Origin: Obrimoposthia wandeli
Taxonomy: Eukaryota
Assembly: GCA_977020255.1 (NCBI GenBank)
Contig: CDROCS010001869.1
Span: forward strand, 186,001-250,000
Length of the DNA stretch: 64,000 bases
Direction: 5' to 3'
This document shows, one piece after another, positions 1-14,400 of the stretch. The notes under the pieces were generated by a model. It saw only the letters and a program-made list of their open reading frames with translations. It was not told the DNA's origin and ran no database searches. Position numbers and translations under genes: made by a program. The first letter of the stretch is position 1. The number at the start of each line of letters is the position of its first letter.

Positions 1-3000
1 AAATTTTAATTTAAGAAGTTTTTAAATAAAATATTAAAGTACCAAACACATCTATAGTAATCAATCAATTACGCTATGTGAAAATTAAGGTCAAAGTTCA
101 ATCTTATCAGTAAAGGATTGTATTACGTAATAATACACACACTATTATATGTGAAAATTTAGTTCAAAGTTCACTCTTATCAGTTAAGGAATGTATTACG
201 CTATGTGAAAACAATTTTGTTAAAAAAAATTAAAAGGTCCTGATAAAATAAAAATACTTGTAATTTCAAAAATAATATTACTTTTTAATTCAAATTTGTG
301 CCAAATTAATTGTTAGTTTTTGTTAAAGTTGAATAAATTTTAATTTAACGAGTTTTTTTTTTTAAAATAAAATATTAAAGTTTTATTATTTAAAATAAAT
401 AATTAACAAAAAAAAGTAATATACTTAAAATACTTTACTAATATTTTTAAAAATTTATATTTAAATTTACGCAACTTTTTTAATTAATTTTAATAATGTA
501 AATAAAGAATTTGTTTAATAAAATTAAGAAGCATTATAAAAAAAAACCACAATTATGTGATCAAGAAAAGTTGTTTAACATATAAATGAATTATCATATT
601 ATATTAATAAGAATTTGTTAAAAATTTAAAATAATAAAAAAAATAATATTTTGTGAGGATTAGTATCCTTATTAACGTCATCAGTTACACTTTCAGCCAT
701 TCATACCATCAAATATAGTGTTGTTTTCTATTAATCTTGCTGTAACTTAGTCATTCTAACTTTTAACATAACTCAGTATCACTGCTTCTTACAGTTGCTT
801 ACTTGTTATTAATCTAACTGTAACTTAACATAACTTTTATTTATACAGAAACTCTATTTTAATTTACTTGTTGTCTAAATTACACTCCCATTCAATCATA
901 CTCTGACACTCTTATTTTTTAATTACTTACATTGTCACTCATTCACACTTGCAGTTTTACATTCACTTGCTAAGACTCTTACTTGTATTTGAATTCACTT
1001 GCATTCATACTTGCATTCATTTACATTCATTCTAAGTAGCATTCAAATTCATTAATATTTTTCTAATTTTCATTCATACCGTCAAACTTAGTGTTGTTTT
1101 CTATTAATATCGCTGTAACTTAGTCATTCTAACTTTTAACATAATTCAGTATCACTGCTTCTTATAGCTGCTTACTTGTTATTAATCTAACTGTCACTTA
1201 ATATAACTTTATTCATACGAAAACTCTATTTTAATTTACTTATAGTCTAAATTATACTCACATTCAATTATTCTCTCGACATTATTATTTTTTAAAATTA
1301 CATTCACTTGCTAAGACTCTTACTTGCATTTGCATTCATTTGCATTCATACTTGCATTCATTTACATTCATCCTAACTCTCATTTATTTAAACTAGCATT
1401 CAATTCATTAATATTTTTACTAATTTTCATTCATACTTATACTTGCCATTCCTACTTGCAATCGTTCTCTTTCTTACTTGTACTTGTAGCTACATTCATT
1501 CATACTTGCATTCATTTACATTCATTGTTAATTGTACTTGCTTTATTTGCATTTACACTTGTATTAATTCATACAATCGATAATTAATTAATTTTATTTG
1601 TTATCACAAGATATTTTTAATATTTTAGAAAGTCGAATAATAAATAGAAATACTAAGTTGATAATCGAATATGTACATAATTTTATTTATTTACATATAA
1701 AACAATATAATTAAAGATTTGGTATTCTAATTTATAAACAGAACTTTCAGTAACTTTGAATATCATGTGTTTGCAAATTAAGTTTCAATATTCGATACAA
1801 ATAGAATACATGTATAAAATTAAATTTTGCAGTTTTAAAAATAAAATGTTTTAAGAATATTTTCGAATATATAAAGTGGAAATTAGATAATATTAATACT
1901 CAAAATATATAAATATTTCTTTAGCCATGTTCTTTAAAAATAAAGAATTCAAATTTATCAGATTAAAAAAAAATCTATGAGGGAAGGTTATCAAAAAAAA
2001 TAAGGAATGTTATCAAATGAGATGAGGAATTTTTAATGATTTATGTGTATATGTGAATGAATTTTTGATCTTTGTATCATATGAAAATAACAATATGTGA
2101 AAATAAAAATAACATGTGAAAATTCACATTTAATTATTATAATTTCATCAGATTGTTACATCTCTTCATTGATTGATAGTATTAATTTAATAATTAGCTA
2201 GCTAGTAAATTATTTTAGATTATTCTTTTTTAAATTTGCTTTAATATTTAAAATAATAATATTTTCGACATGATTTAAGTTATAAATTACAAGTATAAAA
2301 GTGTGTAATTTAAAAATTAATAAATATTTAACATGTGTAACTAAGAGTGTAATAAATATGTTTTTGTTAAAATATAAATTAGTTAAAATACATCAATGGT
2401 GACAATTTATGACGTAAATTTAAATATTTATTTAAAAAGAAATATTATTAAAATATTTAAAGTATATTACATTTTTTTTGTTTAATATTTATTTTAAATA
2501 ATGTTATTTTAATATTTTGTTAAAAAAACCCGTTAAATTACAATTTATTTAACTTTAACAAAAACTAACAAATTAATTTGGCACAAATTTTTATTAAAAA
2601 ATATAATTATTTTTGAAATTACAAGTATTTTTATTTTATCAGGACCTTTTAATTTTATTTAACAAAATTGTTTTCACATAGCGTAATACATTCCTTAACT
2701 GATAAGAGAGAACTTTGACCAAAATTTTCACATAGTGTAATTGATTGATTACTATAGATGTGTTTGGTACTTTAATATTTTATTTAAAAACCTGTTAAAT
2801 TAAAATTTGTTTAACTTTAATAAAATCTAACAACTTATAATTGGCACAAATTTAAATAAAAAAAAATTATTAAAAAAAAAAAAATTACAAGTATTTTTAT
2901 TTTTCATCAAGATCTCTTTATTTTATAAAACAAAATTGTTTATTTACATTAATAAAATTAATAAAAAATTTGCGTAAATTTAAATATTTATTAAAAATAA

Positions 3001-3165
3001 ATAATGTTACTTTAATATTTTATTTTTAAAAATTCATTAAATTAAAATTTGTTTAACTTTAACAAAAAAACTAACAAAATTATGTGGTACAAATTTAAAT
3101 TTAAACATATTTTTATTTTTTGAAAATTACAAGTATTTTAATTTTTTTCATCAGGACCTTTTAAA
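1..3165. repeat. Long inverted repeat: arms ~1-530 and ~2390-3165
   Basis: e.g. 19-60 GTTTTTAAATAAAATATTAAAGTACCAAACACATCTATAGT is the reverse complement of ~2751-2791; 190-330 pairs with 2560-2710. The right arm contains ~250-bp tandem units. Confidence 0.85.
680..1580. repeat. CATT/CTTG-rich tandem array (Polinton internal repeat), with a ~370-bp duplication (715-1000 vs 1085-1330)
   Basis: Repeated CATTCATACTTGCATTCATTTACATTC motifs; reverse complement of the array at 58890-60200. Confidence 0.85.
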
Positions 3166-3267
3166 GTATGCATGACCTTAAGGGTAAGGTTGAACTCAAT
3201 TTTCATAGACAAATACAACCATGTAATAAAATTATCATGTTTGTTTCAAATCAAACCCTTTACTTGT

Positions 3268-3700
3268 GGACGACCATAACATTTTTACATGATTAAACTC
3301 ACAATATTTTGACAAACACAACCAGGTACTTAAAACTTTGAAATTCCAACTTTTCTTAACCCTTCATCTATGGTCCACCACACCTTTATGGATGAATTCG
3401 CCTTCTAAAAATGATTCCAATCATGTACTAAAACCTTGATATTTTAAACTTGATTTTGTTTTTAGCCCAACCCTTTCCTCTATGGACGACACAACCCTTA
3501 AGATGTGATAGACAACCATAGTTGACCTTAATTATACCTTCAAATCTTCAAGTCATAACTGAGCCCAACCCTTTCATATATGGACGACCACAACCCTTTA
3601 GATGTGTTGGTCAACTATAGATCGTCATGACCATACCTTCAAACCTTCAAGTTGAAACTGAGTCCGACCCTTTCATCTATGGACGACCACAACCCCTTAT
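3268..3700. repeat. Subterminal ~100-bp tandem units with TATGGACGACCACAACCC core (about 5 copies)
   Basis: Core seen at ~3268, 3369, 3481, 3580, 3678. Confidence 0.8.
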
Positions 3701-5091
3701 GGTGTGACACCCTCATGGCGAGGCAACATATACCCTTATGGTGTGACACCCTTTAACATTGTGTGCGCACACAGGGCGGTCAAGTGATCTAGACTCCATC
3801 CTTCTACATACTTACAAAGAATTTCAAATGAATGTATGTACTGATTGGGTGGAAAGTTTGATCGAGGAATAATATTATTAAGCCAAATGGGAGGAGAAAA
3901 TGATGGCATATTACTGATGATCTTTAAAAGAGTGTAATAAAGTTAAAACTAGTCGAAAATCTAAATAATATTCATTTAAAATATCTTTTTCATTTTAATA
4001 CGTGCTTAATAAAGAGTTTAATCAATGTCCTGCATTGTTTGTTGTTCAAATTTTATTCATAAATATATACAATTAAAAAAAAGAACAAAAAGCTGTATCA
4101 AATGAACCTAATACACTCAACAAAATTTAGTAAAGTAGTTACTGAAATTAACTAAATGACATTGAATCTCAGTGTTACAATTATTTTTCCAATTACGTTG
4201 AATATTAAAGACATTAATAAAATTAGTCCATCACACCAAAGTAAAATTGAATTGTTCCTCTGCAGTTGTATTTCAACCTCTTCGTAAAACTATTATAAGA
4301 GGATATTATATTTTCCATGTAAAATACTTTAATAATATTTAAAATAATTATAGAATTATGGTCACAAGCATCTACATACTAATATTAGTCTATAGTACAG
4401 AAATAAGTATAACCGATTTTTGTCACTTGAAAGATTAATCAGTTAGCCAACAAATAAATATGGTACTTTCTTAAGCACACAACCAAGTCAACACACACAG
4501 CTTCATGCTTTGATTCCTAAGCATACATACATACATAATCATGCATGCATACATACATACACGGTCTTGTGAATTAATTAGTATAGATTTTGAGTTAAAC
4601 CCTCGTTAAAAGTATAAATACAAGCTAAAATATTAGATAGCTTAATATTTTATGTTATTGTTGACTAATATTAAGATTTTACCAGACGTTTTACCCAAAT
4701 TTCGTGGTTGAGCCAATTAATAATCACATTAGTGTGCTAAATTTAGGCAAATATATGGATTTTCGTAATGGCAAATAAATTAATATTTGGAATAAATTTT
4801 CATTTGTCTTATGGAAAAATCTATTAACATGAGTTAGTTAAATATGTTCACGATTTGACTTTGGCTAATATTGATTGTCAAGATTCTATAATGGAAAGGA
4901 AAGTAATCGTTACAAAATTCGAAATGGGGATTATGATAGTTTTAATTTTCATCACAGTAATTGAACAGTAAATCCAAACTCATTTAGTTAATTTCCCCAA
5001 CCGATTAATTAAATGTTGATGAGTGCACTGATATTGACGTTAATATAAAGATTTATATAAACAATAACGTAAAAGACTCATTTATCTCCAG

Positions 5092-5490
5092 GAGAAATTG
5101 AAATAGACGAAGACGTTTCAAAGGAGAATATCGATATGTATGTGGAGAAGAATATCCAAAGCACGAGTCATAGGAACAGTTATACTACCCACCATCACAA
5201 TGAGCAGGAAATCAATGACTTTAAGAAGCTGAAACGGCTATCATACTTCGTTCTGGGTATGTTCCAGTTCTGGACATTCTTTCGCCTAAATATGCTGCTG
5301 GCCATGCGGACTCCTCTCTTTGCGGTTCTTCGGAGTTTGGGTCCCGTTATTGCAATCCTGATGGCGGCACTGTTATTCCTCTTCGAGACCAACCGCTCCC
5401 ATGAGTTCATGTACAGTGGCTCCAACACCTCCATGGTCTCAGGCAAATGGGCGTCGTTCATATTCTTCACATTTGTGTCCAATAAGTCAG
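5092..5490 (+). CDS. ABCA: ABCA exon (NBD1-TMD2 linker and TM7)
   Basis: CCAG|GA acceptor, CAG|GTTATA donor; [18 protein letters not shown]...[14 protein letters not shown]; phase 1-1. Confidence 0.85.
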
Positions 5491-8400
5491 GTTATATGAA
5501 AACACTGAGGGTTGGCCAGCAAAAAAAGCAAATAAGAGTTTAAAACGCCTGAACATTTTAATTCCCCTTTGTCGGGGTCTAATTTTTAAAAAGTTTCATT
5601 TTTAAAAATTTATGTTAATCTCAATTAAAAATACATTTATTACCAATTTTAAAGAATTTTAAAATGAGTTAAAAGCTCTTTTTTTTAAAAATTGATTTTC
5701 AGTTAAACCTTAAACAATATTTGGGGTCATTTGTTAAAAATATTTTAAACTAAATATGATTATTAAAATATAATATATTATAAATTGATTTTTTTGTAGT
5801 ATTTAGTCAAATATGTTACAATTCATTATATTTTTACATAATTTTTTAAAAGTTCATTTCTTCTACGTTATTATTTGACACTATTTTTAATGGTCTTGGC
5901 TCTCACTATCTGATTCAGTTATGAATCGAAGAATTTCTATCATTAATTCAGACAATTTTATTTATGGGTGTGGATATTATTACAGCTTAGCGGTAGATTG
6001 GCGTTGACAAATTTGTATGCAACGACAAAAATGTAATAACTAAGTTATATTAAATAATTTTTTATTTTTTAGGAAAACATTTTTGATAAAAAATTTGTTT
6101 AAATTAAATATTTTTGTAAAATAGCATTTTAAATATTTTAAAAGAATTTCAAATTACGGAAAGGAAAATTGAATTCTAACAAGCTGCTCTACTTGATTCC
6201 TGTCAATCCATGTTGTACAAAAATATGATTTTGTAAAGAAATAAAATGATAAAAAATAGCTTGCAATAAATTATATTTTATCTAATTGATCTTATTTTTC
6301 TTAATTTCAGAGTTGATTAAACATCTCTAAAAAAATTAAATACAAATTTAATACAATTCAATCTGAATGTCTAGTAATCCATTTTTGGTAAGCTAAACTT
6401 GATTAGAAATTATTTTCAATCTTGCTAAAAAATTAACGTTTTAATTATTTTTAATTATAACCTAATGCCGTCGATTACAAAGCTGATAAACCAGAGTTGT
6501 ACTGAAATACATCGAGATATGAGTCAAAAGGTCAAGACAGTCTTCAGTAGCAAGGTAGGTGTGCAAGAAAGTGTTACTCCAATAACAACAGATTAAAATA
6601 AATTATCACAACAATCCATGTGCTTTGAGACGATTTTGTCATTATGCAAAAGATGATGACGATCTTTATGAGATTCAGTCTGCAATTAAAATCGATTACT
6701 CAAAAAAATTACTGGAAAAATAATTTTTAGATTTTTAAAAAAAATATTTAAAGGTTTTAGACCCTTGAAGGTCTGACCAAACTCAGACCAAGCCTATTAT
6801 ATATAACTTTGAAAAGTAGAAAAATAATGTTTTGAAGGCTTTAAATCCTTGAAGGTTAACTTTGAAAGAATCACCTCAAAGGACAATCTCAAAGAACTAC
6901 CTTTAAGAGTGACTTGACCTCAAGGTGACCTTAGCGTCAGGATGTCACAGATGAGTCATCGATAAGTTATCGATGAGTAATATATTTTTACCACAAAGAC
7001 ATTACTTATCCGGGGAGGGGTCTTTGTGTCAGAAGTCACGCATCCACCTATTCTGCTGTAGTCAACTCGGTCTTCGGGATCGTACCTTTTCGTTTCCATT
7101 AAAACAATTTATTTAAAAAACAAAATTAGGTAAGTTATTGCCCATACACTTTAGGCAACAGCTTTAGCAAATAGGAAACCTAGCAAAGTTGCAACTATTA
7201 AGCACCAATAAATCCTCCTTTTTGACGTAATACTATTTTTCTTCGACCAGAACCACTTTTTGTATTAACAATATCAAGTAATACTTTCTTGTGTTTAGTA
7301 ACTTTCAGTTTATGTTTTCCGAGATTGACTTTTCCTTTAACTATATTAAATAGAATTTCTATCAATTTATCAATAACAAAAGGTGAAAATGATTTAAGAA
7401 TTTGAGTTTTATGATAACTATGAGCCTATGAAAGCGTTTGAAAGTAAGGAAAAACGTTTTTCATTAATATTTAAATTGAAAATACATATATTGTTTATAG
7501 TCGTTTAAGAAAATGGGTTAGAACCTCCCTTTTGTTTTCCTTTTTTTATCAATTTATTGCAATTCTTTGTCTTTTTAACACACCATATTGACTTTTAATT
7601 TTTTTTTCCTATTTTATGTTTTTTAACATTCAATCAGCATTTTGCATTCTTCGTAAACACTGTTTTTATTAATTTCTTTACTTGTTTAGCTATAATATCA
7701 TCATCAGGTTTTCAATTAATATTAACATAATTAGGCATATCAACTTTTATAAATTCATTTTTAATAAAAATGTAACTTTGTTTGTGTTTAAATACCATAC
7801 AGTTGTCAAAAATATCAGTTCTTATTCTCAATTCATCAGGAAATGACTGTGTAAAATCAAGAAACAAGTAATAACGAGGATTTTTATTTGAATCTTGAAA
7901 TGAATTTATCAAATATTGCCTGTTATGAGGAAATGCTTGACGTGAAATATAGTCAATAACAGTTTGATCATGCGGATTCTTAAAAAACAAGTAATATACG
8001 TTAAATTACCGCCTTGATAAAATAGGTTTTGACTATTGAAAATTACAGTAACATAGTTGTGTCTATTCATTGAATCTTGTAAAGTCACTGATGTAGTTAT
8101 AATTGAAATTGAGTCAAAAGAAATAAAAGAAAGTGGTATTTTAATAGGTATTATTCAAGGTGAGAACAAGATATTTTACCACAAGCAAAACATATGTTTG
8201 ATGCACATTAAAAGTTATTTTTACTGCTATTACTTAAATTAATTCACTTCACAGACTTACCATCAAAATTGCATGACATAAAATTGTTCAGATGTTTCTG
8301 TTACGAATTCCGATAGTATCTAAGTTTGACAGTAGTTCATGGCAACTTTTCTTCTATCCTTGAAACATTTCCAGACAGAATTGAAAATTACATATACATT

Positions 8401-11400
8401 GATATTATAAGTGAAATGAATCTTAAAAAATGCCAGCATTGGAAAGCGGCCATCCATTATATGTGAAGTAGAAGATTCATATGTTAGTTTTAATTATGAA
8501 AATATTGTAACCTAAAAAATTACCTTGAAGATAGAGCACAGTTAGGTGGTCCAAGTACCATAAATATCCAATTGATACAAACAACAATTGAAGAAGATAC
8601 TGTTAAAAGTTCTCGTTTATAGTTAACAGCTTTGTTGTTGATATTTTAGAGTACCTCATCAATAATTATAATCGAATATTTTAAGTTGATCAAGTTTAGA
8701 TTAAGGAAAATTGTTTTCGACGAATATACCATAGTTAGCCAATTCATCAACGAGCTTGACGGAGATGAATGATGTCTTTTCTGATGAGAAGATAATGAGA
8801 AGATCGAACAGTATAGGACAAATAAAAGTTAGCAAACATAAAATACATTTTTAGCAAGGAAAAGCAGTGTTAAAAATACTTCAATTTGTTTATGCAAAAC
8901 GAGTCTGTTAACTTTTCGATTCTTATAACTTTGAAAGTTACATTTTGAATTTTCATCAGATTGAAACTGCATTTCGTTTAAGTGCCCAGGATCTTCCAAA
9001 GTAACCAATACATATTATTAAACAGCGTGTGCAATTCTTTAGTTTTTAGAGTTTTATGTATCTAACCTAACAGGTTGTTTGTATTAAATTTCAATCCCAA
9101 TTGTCTAAATATGCAATTTATGGTCATATTATATTATAAGTTTAATTACTTTCTGAGAAATATTTCCACTAACGTTTCATTATCCTCAGACTTGGAAAGT
9201 TTGGAACAATCAGTGTGATTAAAGTCGTCGATAACACCGGAATTTAATATCCTGTTTCGCTGACGTCAATTTAGTTGTTGAACAGTTAATTAGTTTATTT
9301 GCCTCACAATTCTACTGGCAAACTTCAGAAATATTTCCCGCTAAGCTTGCTTTTAGACTCTAAGCTTTATGATAAAAATACAAATGGTATTATAGCAATA
9401 ATAAAACTGTGGGTTGTGATATATTTTAATGTTTACTTATGATTTCTGTGTTGTTACATTACATACACACGTATGTGTTTATACAAAGCCTCTTCTACTC
9501 ATTTTTGCCTATGTTACATGTATTTAATTTATGTTAATTCGCTGACGGTTAATTCGCAATTTTCCACTTTAAAATCCTCAACATATTTATATTGCAAGGA
9601 TATTTGATTTAATTGATTTTTAAAATTCCGTTACAACCAGAACCCGAATTCTTAGCCATCTTTAAGCATCTCCGTGCTGAGGAATACCTTTTCGTTGCTC
9701 ATAATTAGGTATTTTGGAAAATGTTGAGACTATTGACGAAACTGCTTTTGTAAATGAAGTTGTAATTTTTCCAGTGTCCAACCAGTGTCCTGTCAGGCAG
9801 TCGAATTTCTCAACTTCTATATGATACAAGTAGGATTTAATCGAGGATTATCATTTGTCTCTAAGATGACATGTAACCAGACTGTCAAAATAAGAAACAG
9901 GTCACCCGTGAATCGTTTTTACAAGTGCTACTTAATGAGTCTAAATACATATATTAACGATTCTGGATTAAATATGTGTTGAGTTTTATATTGACTTATA
10001 AAAGACTGTTCCATCTAATTCACCACGTTTTCCAGGCCCTGAAGGTTGATAAATAACGCAGAGTGCACTGTATATATATATATATATATATGTAAAATAT
10101 AGACTTGTTGATTATAAAAATTAATAAACGCTACTTCATTATATACGCACTAGTAGTAAAAGCTTATCAAACATAATTAAAAATACATAATCAATTTGCA
10201 TTATGTATAAATAACTAAATAATCACCTGTACAGGAATTAATGTCAAACCCGCTTATTCCAAAAAAAAATTCCGGTCCTTGAGTCAATCAATTATATGCA
10301 AACATATATTTTAAATCCACATTCGTTTGAGTGACGTCAGCGTATAAAAAAATCGCAATTGAGTCATATTTTTGTTCATCGTTTAACATATGAAAAAAGA
10401 AAATTTTAACCCTCAATAAGTGACTTAAAAGTATTGTGTAATTTTTTTTTTATAATCTGAGGATTACATAATTTATCAATATCCAAATGGATTTAATTTT
10501 TTCCCATTGGTTGAAATAAAATTAAGGTAATTCAATCGTACTGTATTTCGAATTAAAATGTACAGTCTCTTTTTCAGATAAGCTAAAGTCATCGAAATTG
10601 GAGTTTGGTGCCGATATGCTGTGCATTAAAAAGTTGTACGGTTCACGGTTTGTCTACATTACTGAGTCAGATACCATCAGTCCGTTGTTTGGAGGAGTCT
10701 TCATGAAGATCTTTTCATGGGTAAGTCTTTGTCAATCTCCAACACATACACCCACAGTGACTGTGGTGCTTAAATGTGCAATGTGAATCGAACGGACTCC
10801 TCTGGTAAACGTTATTTCGTTTTTTACTCAAATCTTTCGTAAAAGTGACAAGTGACACATGACTAGATTTGTAATTTCCCTTATTTCATTTAATTTTAAT
10901 TTTTAAAAAATAAGAAGAAGCCCATCTCAATGTCAAATAATCAACAATCTCTTTAATTGTGTGAATAGTGAATGTAAAGAAAGTTTTGTAACTAAATTTA
11001 CAGTTACTTTGGTTCAAGATGGCTGGCCTAATTTACACAATCTACCCGTATTCATTAGATAAATATTTATTTGTTCCCAAAAGAAAGCTGGTGAATAATG
11101 TGCCAAAACTATAGCACAAGAAATTGATTTCTGTGAATATAACTATGATTGTTAAGTAAGTTAATTTGATAAGGCTAATGCAATTTATTCAAAAAACTAT
11201 TATAAGCTGTCATTGTCAATTAAAATAATGATTTTTTATATTTTGTTACACAATATGTTACGATAAAATAAATGTTTTTCGAAGTTTTTTGTACCCAATA
11301 TTAAAATTTCTCGGCTTTAATGTGGTATAAAGATTATTATTATACATGTTAATGGCCAACAGATATTATTTCAGAAAGTTGAGTTTTTTTAAATAAATGT

Positions 11401-14400
11401 GGAAGAAAAATAATTATTTTTTAAATTTCATCACTATTGTTATTGTTCAAAATGTTTTTCTATATCACAAAATAAATATATTTTAATATCAAACTAATAT
11501 GTTCTATTTTTATATTTAGTATACTTAACTATTATACAAATCATTTACTTTTTTATTTCCGATTTTAAGGTGCATTTAATGTTCTATAATTTTATTTGTA
11601 TCTTCATTTTAAAATTCTTTGAATATTGTATTACTATTATTATTTTCTATGAATAGATATAGAAGTTCATCTTTATTTACAGGAAGTTTAAGGAAAAGTA
11701 TTACTTTCCCCTCCACTTTGTACCTTTTCTTACACTTTTCACATAATACAAACAATGAAACGTATGGTTTACTATCATTCTATATTAATGCAGTCTAGTA
11801 AACAATTTGTTCACACATTGTATCATATTTTTGTCATTTTTCATTATCTTTAATAATGTTTTCAAAAGAACGCTTCATTTTTAATATTTCAAAAAATTTT
11901 GTTTGATTTAAATTTGATTTGAATTCATATATATTATAGAATGATGTTTAAATCACATGTTTATTTGTTTTTTAATGCGAAAAGTGTAAGTATAGTCCGC
12001 AGATCGTTCCCACGTGGTATTTTAGTTTTTGTGGCTTCATCGGGTTAATTATTTTAATAATATCCTCAGCAGAACTTTTGATTTCTTGTAATTGTAAAAG
12101 ATAATTTTCATACTCAGATTTATATGAAAGCTCTCTCAGATTAATATGTCCTTCCAGTTTCAGGAAAATATTCATTCACCAACTTCGCTTTCTGGAATAT
12201 CTCTGAGTCATTATTATGTATCATTATAATTTTCATATCACCTTAAAGCTGAGAAATTAAAGAAACTTTGAAAAAACGGACTTTTATCAGAACATCTTTT
12301 GTTATGAAATGTAAAATTTCAATATTTTAATATACAGTGACTCTGACTATAAACAACTGTGCCTAATATAAAAGTAAAGAGATATCCAACAAAATAATTT
12401 AACTAGAAATTGTGTGCAGTTTATTTTGTAATAGTATCTTTGGTTTGTGTTCCAGAACTCAAAGATGGGCTACGACCTATCGTTTGCGTACTTCGACAAA
12501 AAAGACCTGGACTTGGTCATAATGATGCAAACAATGCTCCAAAATTGTCTGATGAACCGGGTACTGGTACCAGTCCCTTTGCAGACCAAGATACGTTTCC
12601 TATGCATATTCGATACCTGGCCCATCGACTGGGTTAACAGTGCTCATCCCTCCTTCACTATGACTAGTGCGTTTGTATATTTGATGGCTCTCAGCCTCGC
12701 CTTCAGCATCATGAACATCGTCATGTCCGGCGACGTCGTCAGAGACCGAATGGTGGGCAACAATTAAGGCTGTGACATCTTATTCCTTCTAAAAAACTTG
12801 TATGCGATAAAAGTGATAAAAATCTTGAGATTGAATTTCTTTCGAGTAGATGTTACGTACTAATCATATATAAGTAAAGTGTACTTTCTAACTAGTGGGC
12901 TCAGAACCCGCGACCCTTCACCCTCTTCCTGATTCATGGGCTATTGAATTAGAAAGTACACATTTTTGGAGATTGGAGGTTCAAGTTCAAATGTTGATAT
13001 TTAACCCCTGTCTGCAAAAATGAAACTTTCTAACTCTACAGGTCATGAAACTTTACACTACTGTTAGAGTTTCAAAAAATATCGTATTATATCATTAATA
13101 CATTTTATGTTAACCTGTTTCTTTATACGAATTTGAATTCACTCTACTATTAAAAGTGCTGGTTGATATATTTGACATTTAGACAAAGAATCTGGACCAA
13201 ATGACGCTTTACGGTCTAAAATACATGTCTTACTGGGGAGCACATTTCATATTGCATCAGCTTCATTTTATGATGATCATGTGCGTCGTCATTGCAGCCA
13301 TGTACTTGGTGGATGTAAGTTCACTTTTCTGAATTCTCAGATAGAGACAATAGAATAAACCTAAACATTTATATTTATCAGAAAACAATCATTAAAACCT
13401 CAACAATAAAAATTGTATATTTAATCATACGCTAAAATTTAAAACATGAATGATTTATTAATCAAAAGCTATTCCTATTTTCCGTTATTCTTCGTAGTAT
13501 TTTCTGAATAGTAAAGTCTTCGGCTGCTTCCTTAAAATTTCAACATTGTTACAGTTTTTATATATTTATTGGTGGATTGTTGTACAAATTGGGAACATTA
13601 ATTTAAAATATCCCATCACTCTGATTGTTATTTGAGAATTTCAAGAAGATCATTTAAATGTTTGGGCTTTTGTGTGGGAATACCTTTTTGATAATGAACA
13701 AGATCTTGAATTCAACTCTGACATTGACCAGTAGCCAATAAAGCTTCATTAGATATTTAGTCGTTCTTGAACATTTCTTTCATTTGAATATTACTCTGAT
13801 CAACATTTTTGCAACCGATGTAATTGATAAGCTAGAATGTTAAATCAAGCCTTGATGTAATAATCGCATGCATTAGCATTGTAGTTATCTTAGTAGTAAG
13901 GTATTTTCTCATTAGATAAATCTTATATTTAATAAAAATAAAATTTTCAAAATTATATGGTAAATTTCACATGATATTCTATAGACATTTTCTTTCTTTT
14001 TTATTTGAATTTGCTAATTGATTAATATATGAGTAGTTTTATTATTTATTTCGAATTATATTATGTTATTTGAATTTTATCATTACAAAAACAATTTAAA
14101 ACATAAATCACATAAAAAGAACAACATTATTTACTACATTAATTTTGTTATAGTGCATCTAGGTTGAATTTTAACAATATTTATTAGTTACACATTATAT
14201 TTTTTATTTTGTCAATACATGATAAAATTATTTTAATTTTTACAGAAAATACAAGATTTTTACAAATTAAATTATATTTTCTTTAATATATTTAAGAATT
14301 CATTTACTCACAATTATATTTAATAAGTAATTTTTTTTAATATGAATATATGTAATTTAACGTTTTTCTAGCGTTTCTTTTATCTAATTACAGACTTATT

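Larger units (their letters stand above)
1..3812 (-). mobile_element. Polinton/Maverick-derived gene-less element (right terminus at 3812; continues left of window)
   Basis: Reverse complement of 3690-3812 matches the terminus of the Polinton at 57787 (5'-AGTA(T/G)GTAGAAGGATGGAGTCTAG...). 3270-3700 shares the TATGGACGACCAC core with the 62-bp array at 57973-58296; 2680-2740 matches the 72-bp array; 680-1580 matches the GAATGCAAGT array at 58890-60200; 540-610 matches 60446-60535. Confidence 0.8.

Noticed and set aside
1324-1587. 87-aa His/Ile/Phe-rich ORF
   Set aside because: Translation of the CATT-rich tandem array; no start context or homology.
5195-5482. Antisense ORFs over ABCA exons (also 17087, 17137, 23988, 26101, 30790, 35123, 35139)
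   Set aside because: Shadows of GC-rich coding exons on the opposite strand.
6467-6554. Short open frame ending at a good donor (CAAG|GTAGGT)
   Set aside because: No acceptor found, and the flanking ABCA exons already join in phase without it.
8222-8260. GTAAGT...CAG 34-37 nt candidate micro-intron on the - strand near the ATPase remnant
   Set aside because: Splicing does not restore any recognisable protein; it lies at a transposon boundary.
10071-10091. (TA)n run, and CATA microsatellite at 4520-4560
   Set aside because: Ordinary simple repeats.
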